Below, piece by piece: positions 21,778 to 30,901 of a stretch of DNA of 64,000 nucleotides (position 1 is its first letter; each line of letters starts with the position of its first letter). The notes under the pieces are model-generated. The model made no database searches. It was not told the origin of the DNA and saw only the letters and a list, made by a program, of their open reading frames with translations. Source of the DNA: an uncultured Gemmatimonadales bacterium (lineage in GTDB: Bacteria; Gemmatimonadota; Gemmatimonadetes; Gemmatimonadales; GWC2-71-9); assembly GCA_963828735.1 (NCBI GenBank), contig CAWHFW010000003.1, positions 192,001 to 256,000 on the forward strand, written 5' to 3'. The translations under genes and the position numbers were made by a program.

Positions 21778-22115
21778 CTGGTTCTCCTTCCGGGACGCGG
21801 GTCCCGCCAGCACGGTGGTGGATGTCGGGCGCGACAGGCCGGATCGCATGGGGCGGCCGTCGCTCGGGTGCTGCCGGTGCGACGGTGGTCCGGCCTGGTC
21901 CGTCCTCGGATCCTGTGTGGTGCGCTCAGGAGTGCCGCGTTGGACGTGGGGCAAGGATATGCGGGCGGGTCACTGGCGAATCACTGCGGAATCACGGAAG
22001 GGCAAGTGGAGGAGCGGGAAGGGGTTGGTACACCTACCCTAGAGCGGCCGGAACAATTCCTCGAGGCGAAGGGTGAGCGGCTGTACCGCGGCCGGGCGCG
22101 GCGGCCAAAAACGCC

Positions 22116-22146
22116 ATGAGCTCCTCGCGCGTGGCGAGGAGCTCAT
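22116..22146 (-). terminator. hairpin downstream of the beta-barrel gene
   Basis: atgagctcctcgc-gcgtg-gcgaggagctcat; T-run shortly after on the minus strand. Confidence 0.6.
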
Positions 22147-22182
22147 TCAGGCACCTTGAAGACCGAGGACTACTCTGGACTA

Positions 22183-22728
22183 CTAGTGAACGGTGATACC
22201 CAGGCCGAGCTGCCCAACGTTCGCGTCCGAGTTGGAGGAGCTCATCGCGAAGCCGTTCCAGAACGGCGTCAAGCTCACGTTGTTGCCGACCCGGATGTCA
22301 TAGCCCAGCCCGATCAGGGCGCCGACCCCGGTCTCGGTGGCGCTCTGGAAACCGGTAGCCGAGGCGTGAATCGTCCCGACGCCCAGCCCGCCCAGCAGGA
22401 AGAACCCGCCGGTCGCGGAGGGATAGAATCGGGCCAGCGCCGTGAGCGTGCCGACGGTGAGCTGCGCGCCGTTCTCGCTCTTGGTCCAGCCGTTCGTGCC
22501 GACGCCGAGCAACAGCTTCTTGCTCAGGGTTCCACCAATCGCCAGGCCTCCGCTGAGGCTGCCCTCGCGGCTGCCGCAATCCTGACAGCCCAGGCTGCCG
22601 TAGCCCAGCCCGCCGTTGAACCAGAAGCCCTCGCGGGTCTGAGCGTGCTGCTGTGCCGACGCGGCCCGAGGCAGGAGCGCGGTCAGACCGAGAGCGAGGG
22701 AGAACATGACACGCTGCAGTGATCGCAC
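22183..22728 (-). CDS. outer-membrane beta-barrel protein
   Basis: Signal peptide ...AASAQQ; alternating Gly/aromatic strands; C-terminal QLGLGITVH. Confidence 0.8.
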   Translation of the reverse strand: MRSLQRVMFSLALGLTALLPRAASAQQHAQTREGFWFNGGLGYGSLGCQDCGSREGSLSGGLAIGGTLSKKLLLGVGTNGWTKSENGAQLTVGTLTALARFYPSATGGFFLLGGLGVGTIHASATGFQSATETGVGALIGLGYDIRVGNNVSLTPFWNGFAMSSSNSDANVGQLGLGITVH

Positions 22729-22840
22729 TGGAGCCTCCATTGTGTTCAAGGCGGGCCGCCGTCCGGCGGGATTGCCGGGCGTAGATCCTGGGAAAAACGA
22801 GAGCGGGTTGTTGGCGGCCTCGGATCGGTAGGGGCGCAGA

Positions 22841-22856
22841 TGCAGGAAGCAAGCCA
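22841..22856 (-). promoter_or_regulatory. possible sigma54 (-24/-12) promoter for the beta-barrel gene
   Basis: Minus strand TGGCTTGCTTCCTGCA fits GG-N10-GC spacing, ~110 bp upstream of the start. Confidence 0.35.
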
Positions 22857-23058
22857 ATTTGGCACCGGAGATTCTGGACGAGCTGGCGCAGTGCATAGCC
22901 TGTGGCCGCTTGGACTTGGCGGCCGTCGCATACCCCGTGTCCGCAATGGCACCTCGGCCGAGAGCGGATCGGGGTCGCAATAGGCCCGTCGGGCTTCACC
23001 TTGCGACCCGCGCCGAAGCCTGTGGCCACCCGGCGAACGGCTGCTACCTTGTGTGGCC

Positions 23059-23781
23059 ATGGCGTTCTCGCTCTACGTCGCCCTCGGCGACTCGATGAGC
23101 ACCGACCACTATCCGACCTGCGACGTCCGCAACCTCGACGCGCCGCCCGGACGGCTGGACCCGCTCGGCGCCGCCGCGCTGCTCCACACGAACGATGACG
23201 AGCGCTGGCCCGAGTTCCGCGCGCGCGACCTCGACCGGCTGTTCCGCGGCGTGGAGTTCCGGAACCTGGCGGAGGACGGCGCGATGATCGACGACGTCGC
23301 GACCGAGGAGCTCTCGCGGCTCGGCCACGACTCGGACGATCCCGACATCCTGCTCACCCTCGCCGCCGGCGGGAACGATCTGCTCGACGCGCTCAGGTCG
23401 GGGAAGTCGCTGGAGCGCTCGGTGCGGCAGATCGAGGGGCGCTACGCCGATCTCGTCGCCACCGTGCGGGAGGAGCTGCCCGCCGCCACGCTGGTGCTCA
23501 CCACGGTGTACGACCCTACGGATGGCACCGGCCGGCTTCCCGGACTCGAGTCGATGGGGCAGCTGCCGCTCGAGTACCTCGACCGATTCAACGAGGGCGT
23601 GCGCCAGCTCGCGCGGGAGATCAAGCACACCGTGGTCGCCGATGTGCACCGCCATTTCCTTGGCCACGGCGTGAACGCCCCCGAGGCAGAGCGCTGGTAC
23701 TGGCGGCGAAACCTGATCGAGCCGAATGCGCGGGGCGCGAGCGAGATCCGGAGGGTGTGGGTGGAGGCGGCGGGGATGTGA
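23059..23781 (+). CDS. SGNH/GDSL hydrolase
   Basis: YVALGDSMS, NLAEDGA, AGGNDL, EPNARG blocks. Confidence 0.88.
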   Translation: MAFSLYVALGDSMSTDHYPTCDVRNLDAPPGRLDPLGAAALLHTNDDERWPEFRARDLDRLFRGVEFRNLAEDGAMIDDVATEELSRLGHDSDDPDILLTLAAGGNDLLDALRSGKSLERSVRQIEGRYADLVATVREELPAATLVLTTVYDPTDGTGRLPGLESMGQLPLEYLDRFNEGVRQLAREIKHTVVADVHRHFLGHGVNAPEAERWYWRRNLIEPNARGASEIRRVWVEAAGM

Positions 23782-23951
23782 GCGGTGAGTGGTGAGTGGT
23801 GAGTGGTGAGCGGTGAGTGGTGAGCGGTGAGCGGTGAGCGGTGAGCGGTGAGCGGTGAGTGGTGAGCGGTGAGTGGTGAGCGGTGAGCGGTGAGCGGTGA
23901 GCGGTGAGCGGTGAGCGGTGAGCGGTGAGCGGTGAGCGGTGAGCGGTGAGC
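23778..23951. repeat. heptanucleotide tandem repeat (GTGAGYG) x ~25
   Basis: Uninterrupted gtgagcg/gtgagtg units starting at the SGNH stop codon. Confidence 0.95.
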
Positions 23952-24048
23952 CGGTCCGCGAACCCGGAAGGCCCTGTTCCGCAACGGTCACCGCCTGGGC
24001 CAGCCGCCCGGAAGCGGGTGACCCGACGCGGATGACCCGAGAATGAAA

Positions 24049-24088
24049 AACAGCGGCCGGATCGCCTCGAGGCGATCCGGCCGCTGTT
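24049..24088 (-). terminator. intrinsic terminator of the cold-shock gene
   Basis: aacagcggccggatcgcct-cg-aggcgatccggccgctgtt; ends in a T5 run on the minus strand. Confidence 0.8.
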
Positions 24089-24108
24089 CCGTTCAGTCGG
24101 GCGTGCGA

Positions 24109-24318
24109 CTACTGCAGCTTGACGACGTTCTCCGCGGCGGGGCCCTTCTGGCCCTGCACGACGTCGAACTCGACCCGCTCGCCCTCGGCCAGGCTCTTGA
24201 AGCCCTGGGCCTGGATGGCCGAATGGTGGACGAAGCAGTCCTTCTCACCGCCCTCGGGCGTGATAAAGCCGAAGCCCTTGGCGTCATTGAACCATTTGAC
24301 CGTTCCGGTAGTGCGCAT
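24109..24318 (-). CDS. csp: cold-shock protein
   Basis: [35 protein letters not shown]...GPAAENV; AGGAG RBS. Confidence 0.97.
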   Translation of the reverse strand: MRTTGTVKWFNDAKGFGFITPEGGEKDCFVHHSAIQAQGFKSLAEGERVEFDVVQGQKGPAAENVVKLQ

Positions 24319-24508
24319 TGTCCTGCTCCTTGTACTGTGGTAATCGGAGGTGGGGACAAGCCGCACGGCCGACTACGGTGTGCGTGGATTCTCCCTCCAC
24401 GCGGGGCTCGGCTGCCGCAGCGCAGCACTGCGCCAGGAACGACAACCAAAACAAAAGGGGCCGGCGCCAACGCCAGCCCCTGACTGATTACGCTAGTTCA
24501 CACGACAC

Positions 24509-24537
24509 AAGGTACTTGCGGGAGGCCCGGGCGGCAA
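24509..24537 (-). promoter_or_regulatory. sigma70-like promoter upstream of csp
   Basis: Minus strand TTGCCG-17 bp-TACCTT. Confidence 0.5.
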
Positions 24538-24590
24538 GGTCTGACTTGTCAGGGTAAGGACCTGAGCTGGGCTGCATCTGGGTGACGTCA

Positions 24591-25034
24591 TCATTCGGTA
24601 GATGCTTGCGCGGGCGAGCAGGCTTGCTTCCAGGGTTCACCCCCGGCCCGCGGGATCACCCGCCGCTCGATGAGCGCGCTCACCGTCATAAGGAGATGGT
24701 CCGGGGTGAACACCTCGGCCAGCGTCGGCACATCGGCAGGCAAGCCGTCCGGGATCGAGGAGCCGATATGAAGGACCGCCAGGCGCGGATTGACCTCACG
24801 GACACGTCGGACCAGATCGCCGGTATCGATGCCGGTCCCGTAGGTGTTCAGCACCAGCAGCGAGATCTCGGGCAACTTGATACACAGCTCCTGGGCCGCC
24901 CGCCCGTCGTGAGCCTGGAACACACAGTAGCCGCTCATGCGCAAGAGTCCGGTGACCGACAGCAACAAGGCGTTATAATCGCAAATAACGATGCGCCGCC
25001 CCTCGCTAGAGGGGACGGGGCGCTGGGCCAACAT
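24591..25034 (-). CDS. atypical stand-alone receiver-like domain protein
   Basis: RRIVICDYN...LLRMSGYCVFQAHDGRAA...ISLLVLNT...VREVNPRLAVL; receiver fold pattern without the canonical Asp/Lys. Confidence 0.7.
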   Translation of the reverse strand: MLAQRPVPSSEGRRIVICDYNALLLSVTGLLRMSGYCVFQAHDGRAAQELCIKLPEISLLVLNTYGTGIDTGDLVRRVREVNPRLAVLHIGSSIPDGLPADVPTLAEVFTPDHLLMTVSALIERRVIPRAGGEPWKQACSPAQASTE

Positions 25035-25170
25035 TTGGATCCTTAGGTCCGGCGGAGACAGCCGGCCATGACGGGAGGTACAGCGGTGAGGCGACCTGAT
25101 GGTACCCCACCAGTAGCAGAATAGATAGGCACGCTCTCCGCGCGCCCACGCGAACCGGCGAGCGCGAGAC

Positions 25171-25779
25171 CTAGGCCGCCATCGGGAGCTGCCCGAGGAT
25201 CCCTTGCACAGCCGCCAGGTACTCCCCGACGTCGAAGTGGTCGGGGTCGATCATCCCCTGCACCGCGCATCCGTTGATGAAGCTCACTGCGATCGCCGCG
25301 AGGCCTTCGGGCGTCACCCCCGGGAATCGCGCTCCCTCGGCGAGCAGGACCTCTTCGGTCAGCGTGCGAAAGGCGGCCCGGTAGCGCTCGAGTGCCGCGC
25401 TGATCTTTCCCCGGATCGCACGGTGGCGGGCACCGAGCGCCCAGTATTCGAGGAACAAGCAGACCTGCCGGGGGTCGCGCGACAGGCGATCCACCTCCTG
25501 GCGCAACAGTGCGCGCAGGCGGTCCAGCGGTCCCCCGATGGAAGCGACGTCGTCGGCGACGGGAAGCGAGAGCGTGGTCTCGAGCACCCGGTCCAGCAGC
25601 GCGCTGACCAGCTGATCCTTCCGCTTGAAGTGGAAGAGGACGAGGCCGTGGCTGAGGCGGGCCCGGGCGGCAACGGCTCTCACGGTGACGCCGTCGATGC
25701 CCTGCCGCAACCCCACCTCGTGGGCCGCTTTCAGAATCTGTTGTCGGCGCAGCGCCTCCGACGCCTTCTGTCCCGGCAT
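25171..25779 (-). CDS. TetR family (BetI-like) transcriptional regulator
   Basis: RRQQILKAA...GVTVRAVAARARLSHGLVLFHFKRKDQL. Confidence 0.92.
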   Translation of the reverse strand: MPGQKASEALRRQQILKAAHEVGLRQGIDGVTVRAVAARARLSHGLVLFHFKRKDQLVSALLDRVLETTLSLPVADDVASIGGPLDRLRALLRQEVDRLSRDPRQVCLFLEYWALGARHRAIRGKISAALERYRAAFRTLTEEVLLAEGARFPGVTPEGLAAIAVSFINGCAVQGMIDPDHFDVGEYLAAVQGILGQLPMAA

Positions 25780-25799
25780 GCTCGCTCCCTTCCGTCGCC

Positions 25800-25849
25800 A
25801 TTGACCTTCTGTCCAATACAGAGTAGTATTCATTAACCGCTTGGTCAAT
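25800..25849. promoter_or_regulatory. two related imperfect palindromes, putative TetR operators
   Basis: attgaccttctgtccaat (25800-25817) and attaaccgcttggtcaat (25832-25849) in an AT-rich divergent intergenic region. Confidence 0.55.
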
Positions 25850-25912
25850 AGCGCATGGCTGTCGAAGGCGCGCGGTGCAGGCTTCTCGCACAGAACGCCC
25901 CCGGGAGGGGAT

Positions 25913-26398
25913 ATGTACGCTCTACGACTTCTCATGCTCGCCGTCTCGGCGCTCGCGCTGACCTCCTGCAATCCGTTCCATCACGACCCGGCGGTCGAAG
26001 TGACCACCAAGGACGAGACTCGGAATTCCAGCTGGCACGCCAGTCTGGCGACGCCGTCCGATCTCGCCGGGGCGGTGCAGATCAACGGCACGGCCTCCAT
26101 GGCACCGGGGACCAAGACCGGCAACACCACCGTGTTGCTCGTCCTCGCCAACGCCACACCCGGCGGTTTGCATCCCTGGCAGCTGCACCGCGGGCAGTGT
26201 GGGTCGGATGAGGGCGTGTTCGGCGCCGCGGCAGCATACCCGGTAGCGAAGGTGGGGAGCGACGGCCGCGCAACATCGTCGGCGACCGTGCCTCTCGAGA
26301 CACCAACCACGGGCAGCTATTTCGTCACGGTCGGCGCGTCGGTCGCTAACGACGCGATGACCGTCGCGTGCGGCAATCTCGCCCCGCCGACGACGTAG
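25913..26398 (+). CDS. lipoprotein with CHRD/Cu,Zn-SOD-like fold
   Basis: Lipobox LTSC; GLHPWQLHRGQCG...YFVTVGAS...VACGNL. Confidence 0.65.
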   Translation: MYALRLLMLAVSALALTSCNPFHHDPAVEVTTKDETRNSSWHASLATPSDLAGAVQINGTASMAPGTKTGNTTVLLVLANATPGGLHPWQLHRGQCGSDEGVFGAAAAYPVAKVGSDGRATSSATVPLETPTTGSYFVTVGASVANDAMTVACGNLAPPTT

Positions 26399-26430
26399 CT
26401 CCTGATTTGGTAGCACCGCGACGGGGAAGG

Positions 26431-26456
26431 AGCCGCGGCAATCGCTGCGGCTTTTT
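26431..26456 (+). terminator. intrinsic terminator
   Basis: agccgcggc-aatc-gctgcggct followed by tttt. Confidence 0.7.
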
Positions 26457-26517
26457 CATTTCGACGCGCTCTCTCAGATGACAGCACCTTGCCCGTAACA
26501 CACGCACCGGAGGCCCC

Positions 26518-27393
26518 ATGACCGCGACCGCCACCGCCCCCCTCCTCCCCACCCGCAAACCCCGCGAAGACGAGATCGACGTCCACGGCGTGACCCACGC
26601 CGGCAAGGTCCGCAAGGACAACCAGGACCACTTCGTCCTCTGCGCCCTCCGGAAGCAGCTCGTGCTCCGCCTCTCCAGCATCCCCGACGCCACCGCGATC
26701 ATGGGGGAGAGCGAACGGCTCGCCTCCCTCGCCATGGTGGCCGACGGCGTGGGTGGCGCGGCCCAGGGCGAGACGGCGAGCCGCATGGCGCTCCAGGCCG
26801 TCACCGAGTACGTCTCACGGGCCACCCGCTGCTACTTCGGCGCGGCCGAGGACGACGACCAGGCGCTGCTCAATGCCCTCCAGGAAGGCGCCGGCCACTG
26901 TCACGCGGAGCTGCTCCGCCTCGGCGAGGAAGACGCCAACTTCCGCGGCATGGCCACCACGCTCACCCTGTACCTCGGCGTCTGGCCCCGCGGCTACCTG
27001 CTCCAGGTGGGCGACAGCCGCTGCTACATGCTGCGTGACGGCGAGCTGACCCAGATCACCCGGGATCAGACCATGGCCCAGGCCATGGTGGACGTCGGCG
27101 CCATGCAGGCCGAGGAGGTGGCCGATTCCGATCTGGCTCACAGGCTCACGAGCTCGATCGGCGGGCACGAGACCCACCCCAAGGTCACACGCGTCGACAT
27201 GACCTGGGGCAATGTGCTCCTGCTCTGCAGCGACGGGCTCACCCGGCACGTGAGCGACGAGCGGATCCGGGACGTGCTCCGCTCGATGACATCGGCCAAG
27301 CAGGCCTGCGAGACGCTGGTGCAGGAGGCGCTCGACGACGGCGGCAGCGACAACATCACGGTGGTGGTGGGCCGCACGCTACCGCGAGGATAG
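26518..27393 (+). CDS. PP2C-family Ser/Thr protein phosphatase
   Basis: THAGKVRKDNQD, VADGVGG, GMATT, VGDSRCY, LCSDGL, GGSDNIT. Confidence 0.95.
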   Translation: MTATATAPLLPTRKPREDEIDVHGVTHAGKVRKDNQDHFVLCALRKQLVLRLSSIPDATAIMGESERLASLAMVADGVGGAAQGETASRMALQAVTEYVSRATRCYFGAAEDDDQALLNALQEGAGHCHAELLRLGEEDANFRGMATTLTLYLGVWPRGYLLQVGDSRCYMLRDGELTQITRDQTMAQAMVDVGAMQAEEVADSDLAHRLTSSIGGHETHPKVTRVDMTWGNVLLLCSDGLTRHVSDERIRDVLRSMTSAKQACETLVQEALDDGGSDNITVVVGRTLPRG

Positions 27394-27979
27394 AGGACCG
27401 AACCCCCTCCGCTCGGGGCCGAACAGGCCCCTGCACTGCGGCAGAATCGCGGCGGTTTGCTGCGGCAGGCCCACGCCACGGGTGTCAAAGAAGCAGATAG
27501 CCCCACAGCGGTCATGAGGTCGGTTTCCGTTCCCGCGACCCTCCCCGCTCGTCGCACCCCGTCCGGCCGCGGCGACGAATTTGTAGCATGCCAAGGTTTT
27601 AGGTTCTCCCCTCCGCAGGCTGCATAACCTTGCGCGTCAGCTCCCCGCAGCGGCTGCAAATCCTGTAGGCCGTCCAGGTCCGGCATTTGCTCCGACTGCA
27701 CCCCGCTGCCGGCCGCCCGTTGCGGCAGCGACAACAGACGTCACCCGATAAGAGCACACCCGGAGTGATCCGGGGCCGCAAAACCAGAGGTCTCGCCCGG
27801 TCCATCGGCGAGATAGCTCGGTGCCGAAGGTGTACGATCACGCGCAACGACTCAACGCGCGGTGCTCGGCCTCGGCCCTCGGGGGAGCACCGCGCTTCTG
27901 CATTGGGGGCGCGACGTCCGGCGGCGGGCTGCCGGGCGACTCCTTCCGGCGGCGAACCAAGCTGACAGGGAGGAACGCC

Positions 27980-28696
27980 ATGAGTCGGAAGATCACGTTG
28001 CGCATGCTGGCGTTGGCCACGGGGATATTTGCCCTCGCGTGCTCCGACGCCGGCACCCCGGCCGAGCCCACGGGCGGCCAGACGGTCCAGTTCAGCGTCG
28101 CGAGCGACAGCGCCCACGCACGGCACGACCAGCTCAAGCAGCAGCTCGAGGAGCGCAAGGCCTACTTCAAGGCGACGAAGGAGGCCAACCGCGAGAACCT
28201 CAGGGCGGCCAGGGCCGAGTGGAAAGCCTGGATGGAGGACTGGAAGGAGCAGTTCAAGATCGAGAAGGAAGCCTGGAAGCGGGCGCATCCAGGCCAGAAG
28301 GGCGGCCCCGTCATCGAGCTCCTGCGCTGCGAGCCGCGCGACTTCGCGAGCGACGCCGCCATCATCGGGCCCAACGGCGGGTCGCTACACGTCGGCGAGC
28401 ACGAGCTGGTGATCCCGAAGGGCGCGCTGCAGGAGGAAGTCCTGATCTCGGCCGAGGCGCCGACCTCCTCCCTGGTGGACGTGCAGTTCGAGCCGCACGG
28501 GCTCGAGTTCCAGCAGCCGGCTCAGCTCAAGCTCTCGTACAAGGGCTGCGTCCGGCCGACCATCAGCGACTTCCTGGTCGCCTACCTGGGCCAGGGGACT
28601 CAGCTGCTCGAGCTGCTGCCGTCGCGCGACATGCGGCTGGATGACGAGGTCGACGCGGACATCGATCACTTCTCGAGGTACGCGATCGCCTGGTAG
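27980..28696 (+). CDS. lipoprotein with coiled coil and ZU5-like domain
   Basis: Lipobox ALAC; charged helix; IGPNGGSL...LVIPKGAL...FEPHGLEFQQPAQLKLSY...IDHFSRYAI. Confidence 0.75.
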   Translation: MSRKITLRMLALATGIFALACSDAGTPAEPTGGQTVQFSVASDSAHARHDQLKQQLEERKAYFKATKEANRENLRAARAEWKAWMEDWKEQFKIEKEAWKRAHPGQKGGPVIELLRCEPRDFASDAAIIGPNGGSLHVGEHELVIPKGALQEEVLISAEAPTSSLVDVQFEPHGLEFQQPAQLKLSYKGCVRPTISDFLVAYLGQGTQLLELLPSRDMRLDDEVDADIDHFSRYAIAW

Positions 28697-28850
28697 CTGG
28701 CGACGCCGGCCGCGGCGAGCACCCCGGCGCCGCGGCTGCAGTCGTCATGCAGTGAGCGAAGGAGCCATGCCCCGAACGCATGGCTCCTTTGCGCAGTCAC
28801 CCGGGGCGCCGGCAGCATCGGCGCTCGTCCTGCTCCACGAGTGAGGTCGC

Positions 28851-30515
28851 ATGGACCGCGACGCAACGTCTCAGACCGCAGCACCGGCTAACGCCGCCGC
28901 CCGGCTCGACGAGGGTCGGCAGGAGGAGCGCGCCGGCAACGTGGCGGCTGCAGAGGCGGCGTACCAGTCGTCCTGCGCGCAGTCCGAGGCAGCGGGCGAC
29001 CGGGTCACGCAGTCGATGGCCCTGCGGCACCTGGCGCTGCTCCAGCATCAGCGCGGCGCGGCGAGCCGGGCGACGGAGCTCGCGCGGCGCGCGTACGACG
29101 TGGCGCTCGCGGCCGGCCAGCGCGAGCTCGCCGCGCACGCGCTCAACGTCCTCGGCGGCTTCACCTTCGAAGGCGGCGACCTGGCCGCCGCCCGCCGCAC
29201 CTTCGACAGCGCCCTCGCGCTCGCGAGCGGCAGCATTGCGCTCCGCGCGCGTATCGAGCAGAACCTCGGCATCCTCGCGACCGTGGAGGGCAACCACGAC
29301 GCGGCCATGGGCCACTACGGGCGGAGCCTCGACGCGTACGTGGCCCTGGGGGACGAGGGCGGCGTCGCGCTCGCGTATCACAACCTGGGCATGATCAGCG
29401 CCGACCGGGAGCGCTGGGAGGAGGCCGACAGCTACTTCCGGCACGCCTTCCAGGGTGCCGAGCGCGCGGGCGACATCCACCTCCAGGGCCTCTGTCTCCT
29501 GAACCACACCGAGGTCCACCTCGCCCGGCAGTCGTACGACCTGGCCCGGGCCGGGATCGAGCGCGCGCTGGGCATCTTCGACCAGCTCGAGGCGCGCATC
29601 GACAAGGCCGACGCCTACCGGATGCTCGGCGCCGTGCACCGGGTCACCGGCCAGCTCGAGTCGGCGGAGCGCAACCTGCTCCGCGCCCGCGGACTCGCGG
29701 ACGAGATGCAGTCGGTGCTCGGCGGCGCCGAGACCAACCGCGAGCTCGCGCTCCTCTATCAGCAGCTCGGCCGCAACCGGGACGCGCTCCACGCGCTCAA
29801 CCTGTCGTACCAGCTCTTCCGCCGGCTCAACGCGCGGACCGAGCTGGTGGACGTCGGGCGCAAGATCGGCGACCTCGAGGGAACCTACCTTCGAGTCGTC
29901 CACGAGTGGGGCCAGTCGCTCGAGTCGGCGGACAGCTACACCCACGGCCATTGCGGCCGGGTGGCGGAGTACGGACTGGCGGTCGCCCGCGCGCTCGGCT
30001 TCGACCCCGGTCAGCTCACGGCGATCCGCCTCGGCGCCTACCTGCACGACCTGGGCAAGGTCCGGATCCCGGAGGAAATCCTCAACAAGCTGGGCAAGCT
30101 CACCGTCGAGGAGTTCGAGACGATCAAGATGCACCCCGTGTGGGGCCTCGAGATGCTGACCGAGGTGGACTTCCCCTGGGACCTCAAGCCGATCATCCGC
30201 TGGCATCACGAGAAGCACGACGGCTCGGGCTACCCCGACGGGCTCAAGGGCGACGAGATCCCGGTGGCCGCGCAGGTGATCTGCATCGTGGACGTGTACG
30301 ATGCGCTCACGACGACGCGGAGCTACAAGCCGGCGTATACGCCGTCGGAGGCGTTGGAGCGGATGGCCGAGGTGACGCACTGGTGGCGGCCGGACGTGTA
30401 CGAAGCGTTCCTCGAGGCCGTGGGGCGGCCGGAGGTGCGGCGGCACGTGGAGGCGCCGCGGCACGTCGCGGCGCGGGCGATCTCGGACGAGGAACTGGGG
30501 GAGGCGGCGGCGTAG
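28851..30515 (+). CDS. TPR-repeat HD-GYP phosphodiesterase
   Basis: N-terminal TPRs; YTHGHCGRV, LHDLGK, HHEKHDGSGYPDGL, DVYDALTTTRSYK. Confidence 0.93.
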   Translation: MDRDATSQTAAPANAAARLDEGRQEERAGNVAAAEAAYQSSCAQSEAAGDRVTQSMALRHLALLQHQRGAASRATELARRAYDVALAAGQRELAAHALNVLGGFTFEGGDLAAARRTFDSALALASGSIALRARIEQNLGILATVEGNHDAAMGHYGRSLDAYVALGDEGGVALAYHNLGMISADRERWEEADSYFRHAFQGAERAGDIHLQGLCLLNHTEVHLARQSYDLARAGIERALGIFDQLEARIDKADAYRMLGAVHRVTGQLESAERNLLRARGLADEMQSVLGGAETNRELALLYQQLGRNRDALHALNLSYQLFRRLNARTELVDVGRKIGDLEGTYLRVVHEWGQSLESADSYTHGHCGRVAEYGLAVARALGFDPGQLTAIRLGAYLHDLGKVRIPEEILNKLGKLTVEEFETIKMHPVWGLEMLTEVDFPWDLKPIIRWHHEKHDGSGYPDGLKGDEIPVAAQVICIVDVYDALTTTRSYKPAYTPSEALERMAEVTHWWRPDVYEAFLEAVGRPEVRRHVEAPRHVAARAISDEELGEAAA

Positions 30516-30579
30516 GGCCTTCCCGGCCGTGTAGGCCTGACGCCGGGCCCCCTTCGTTCTGCGACGATCGCCCACCATT

Positions 30580-30835
30580 ACGCGCAACGCTAGCCATCGC
30601 CGTCCCGACCAGCTTCCCATCCTCCACGATCCTGTCCCCGTCCACCTCGACCGTTGCCCGGGTGGTCGGGATCCCGACCCCGACCGCCCCCGACACCTTA
30701 TTCGAGCCGCCGAGGAGCTGGTTCTCGCCCAGGCTCATGGTCACGAACCCGGCCGCTGCGCCAGGACGGTAGTCGGCATTGTCCTCCATCACCTTCAGCT
30801 CGGGATTGAGCCCGAGGGTGAGCGTCCCATCCGGT
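30580..30835 (-). pseudogene. 3' remnant of an M29-like aminopeptidase
   Basis: TLTLGLNPELKV...AAGFVTMSLGENQLLGGSN...RATVEVDGDRIVEDGKL; the N-terminal bulk is missing where the RiPP locus begins. Confidence 0.6.
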
Positions 30836-30901
30836 GCAGGCCGCGCCGTAGGCCTTTGAGGTTGGGTCGAGGGGCTGATGCCGAAGTAGCCCCCTGGTGC
30901 G

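Noticed and set aside
23778..23951. CRISPR array, or a real SPLTAHR-repeat protein (ORFs 23044-23991, 23442-23984)
   Set aside because: Pure 7-bp tandem units with no spacers or cas genes; the ORFs are antisense shadows of the SGNH gene.
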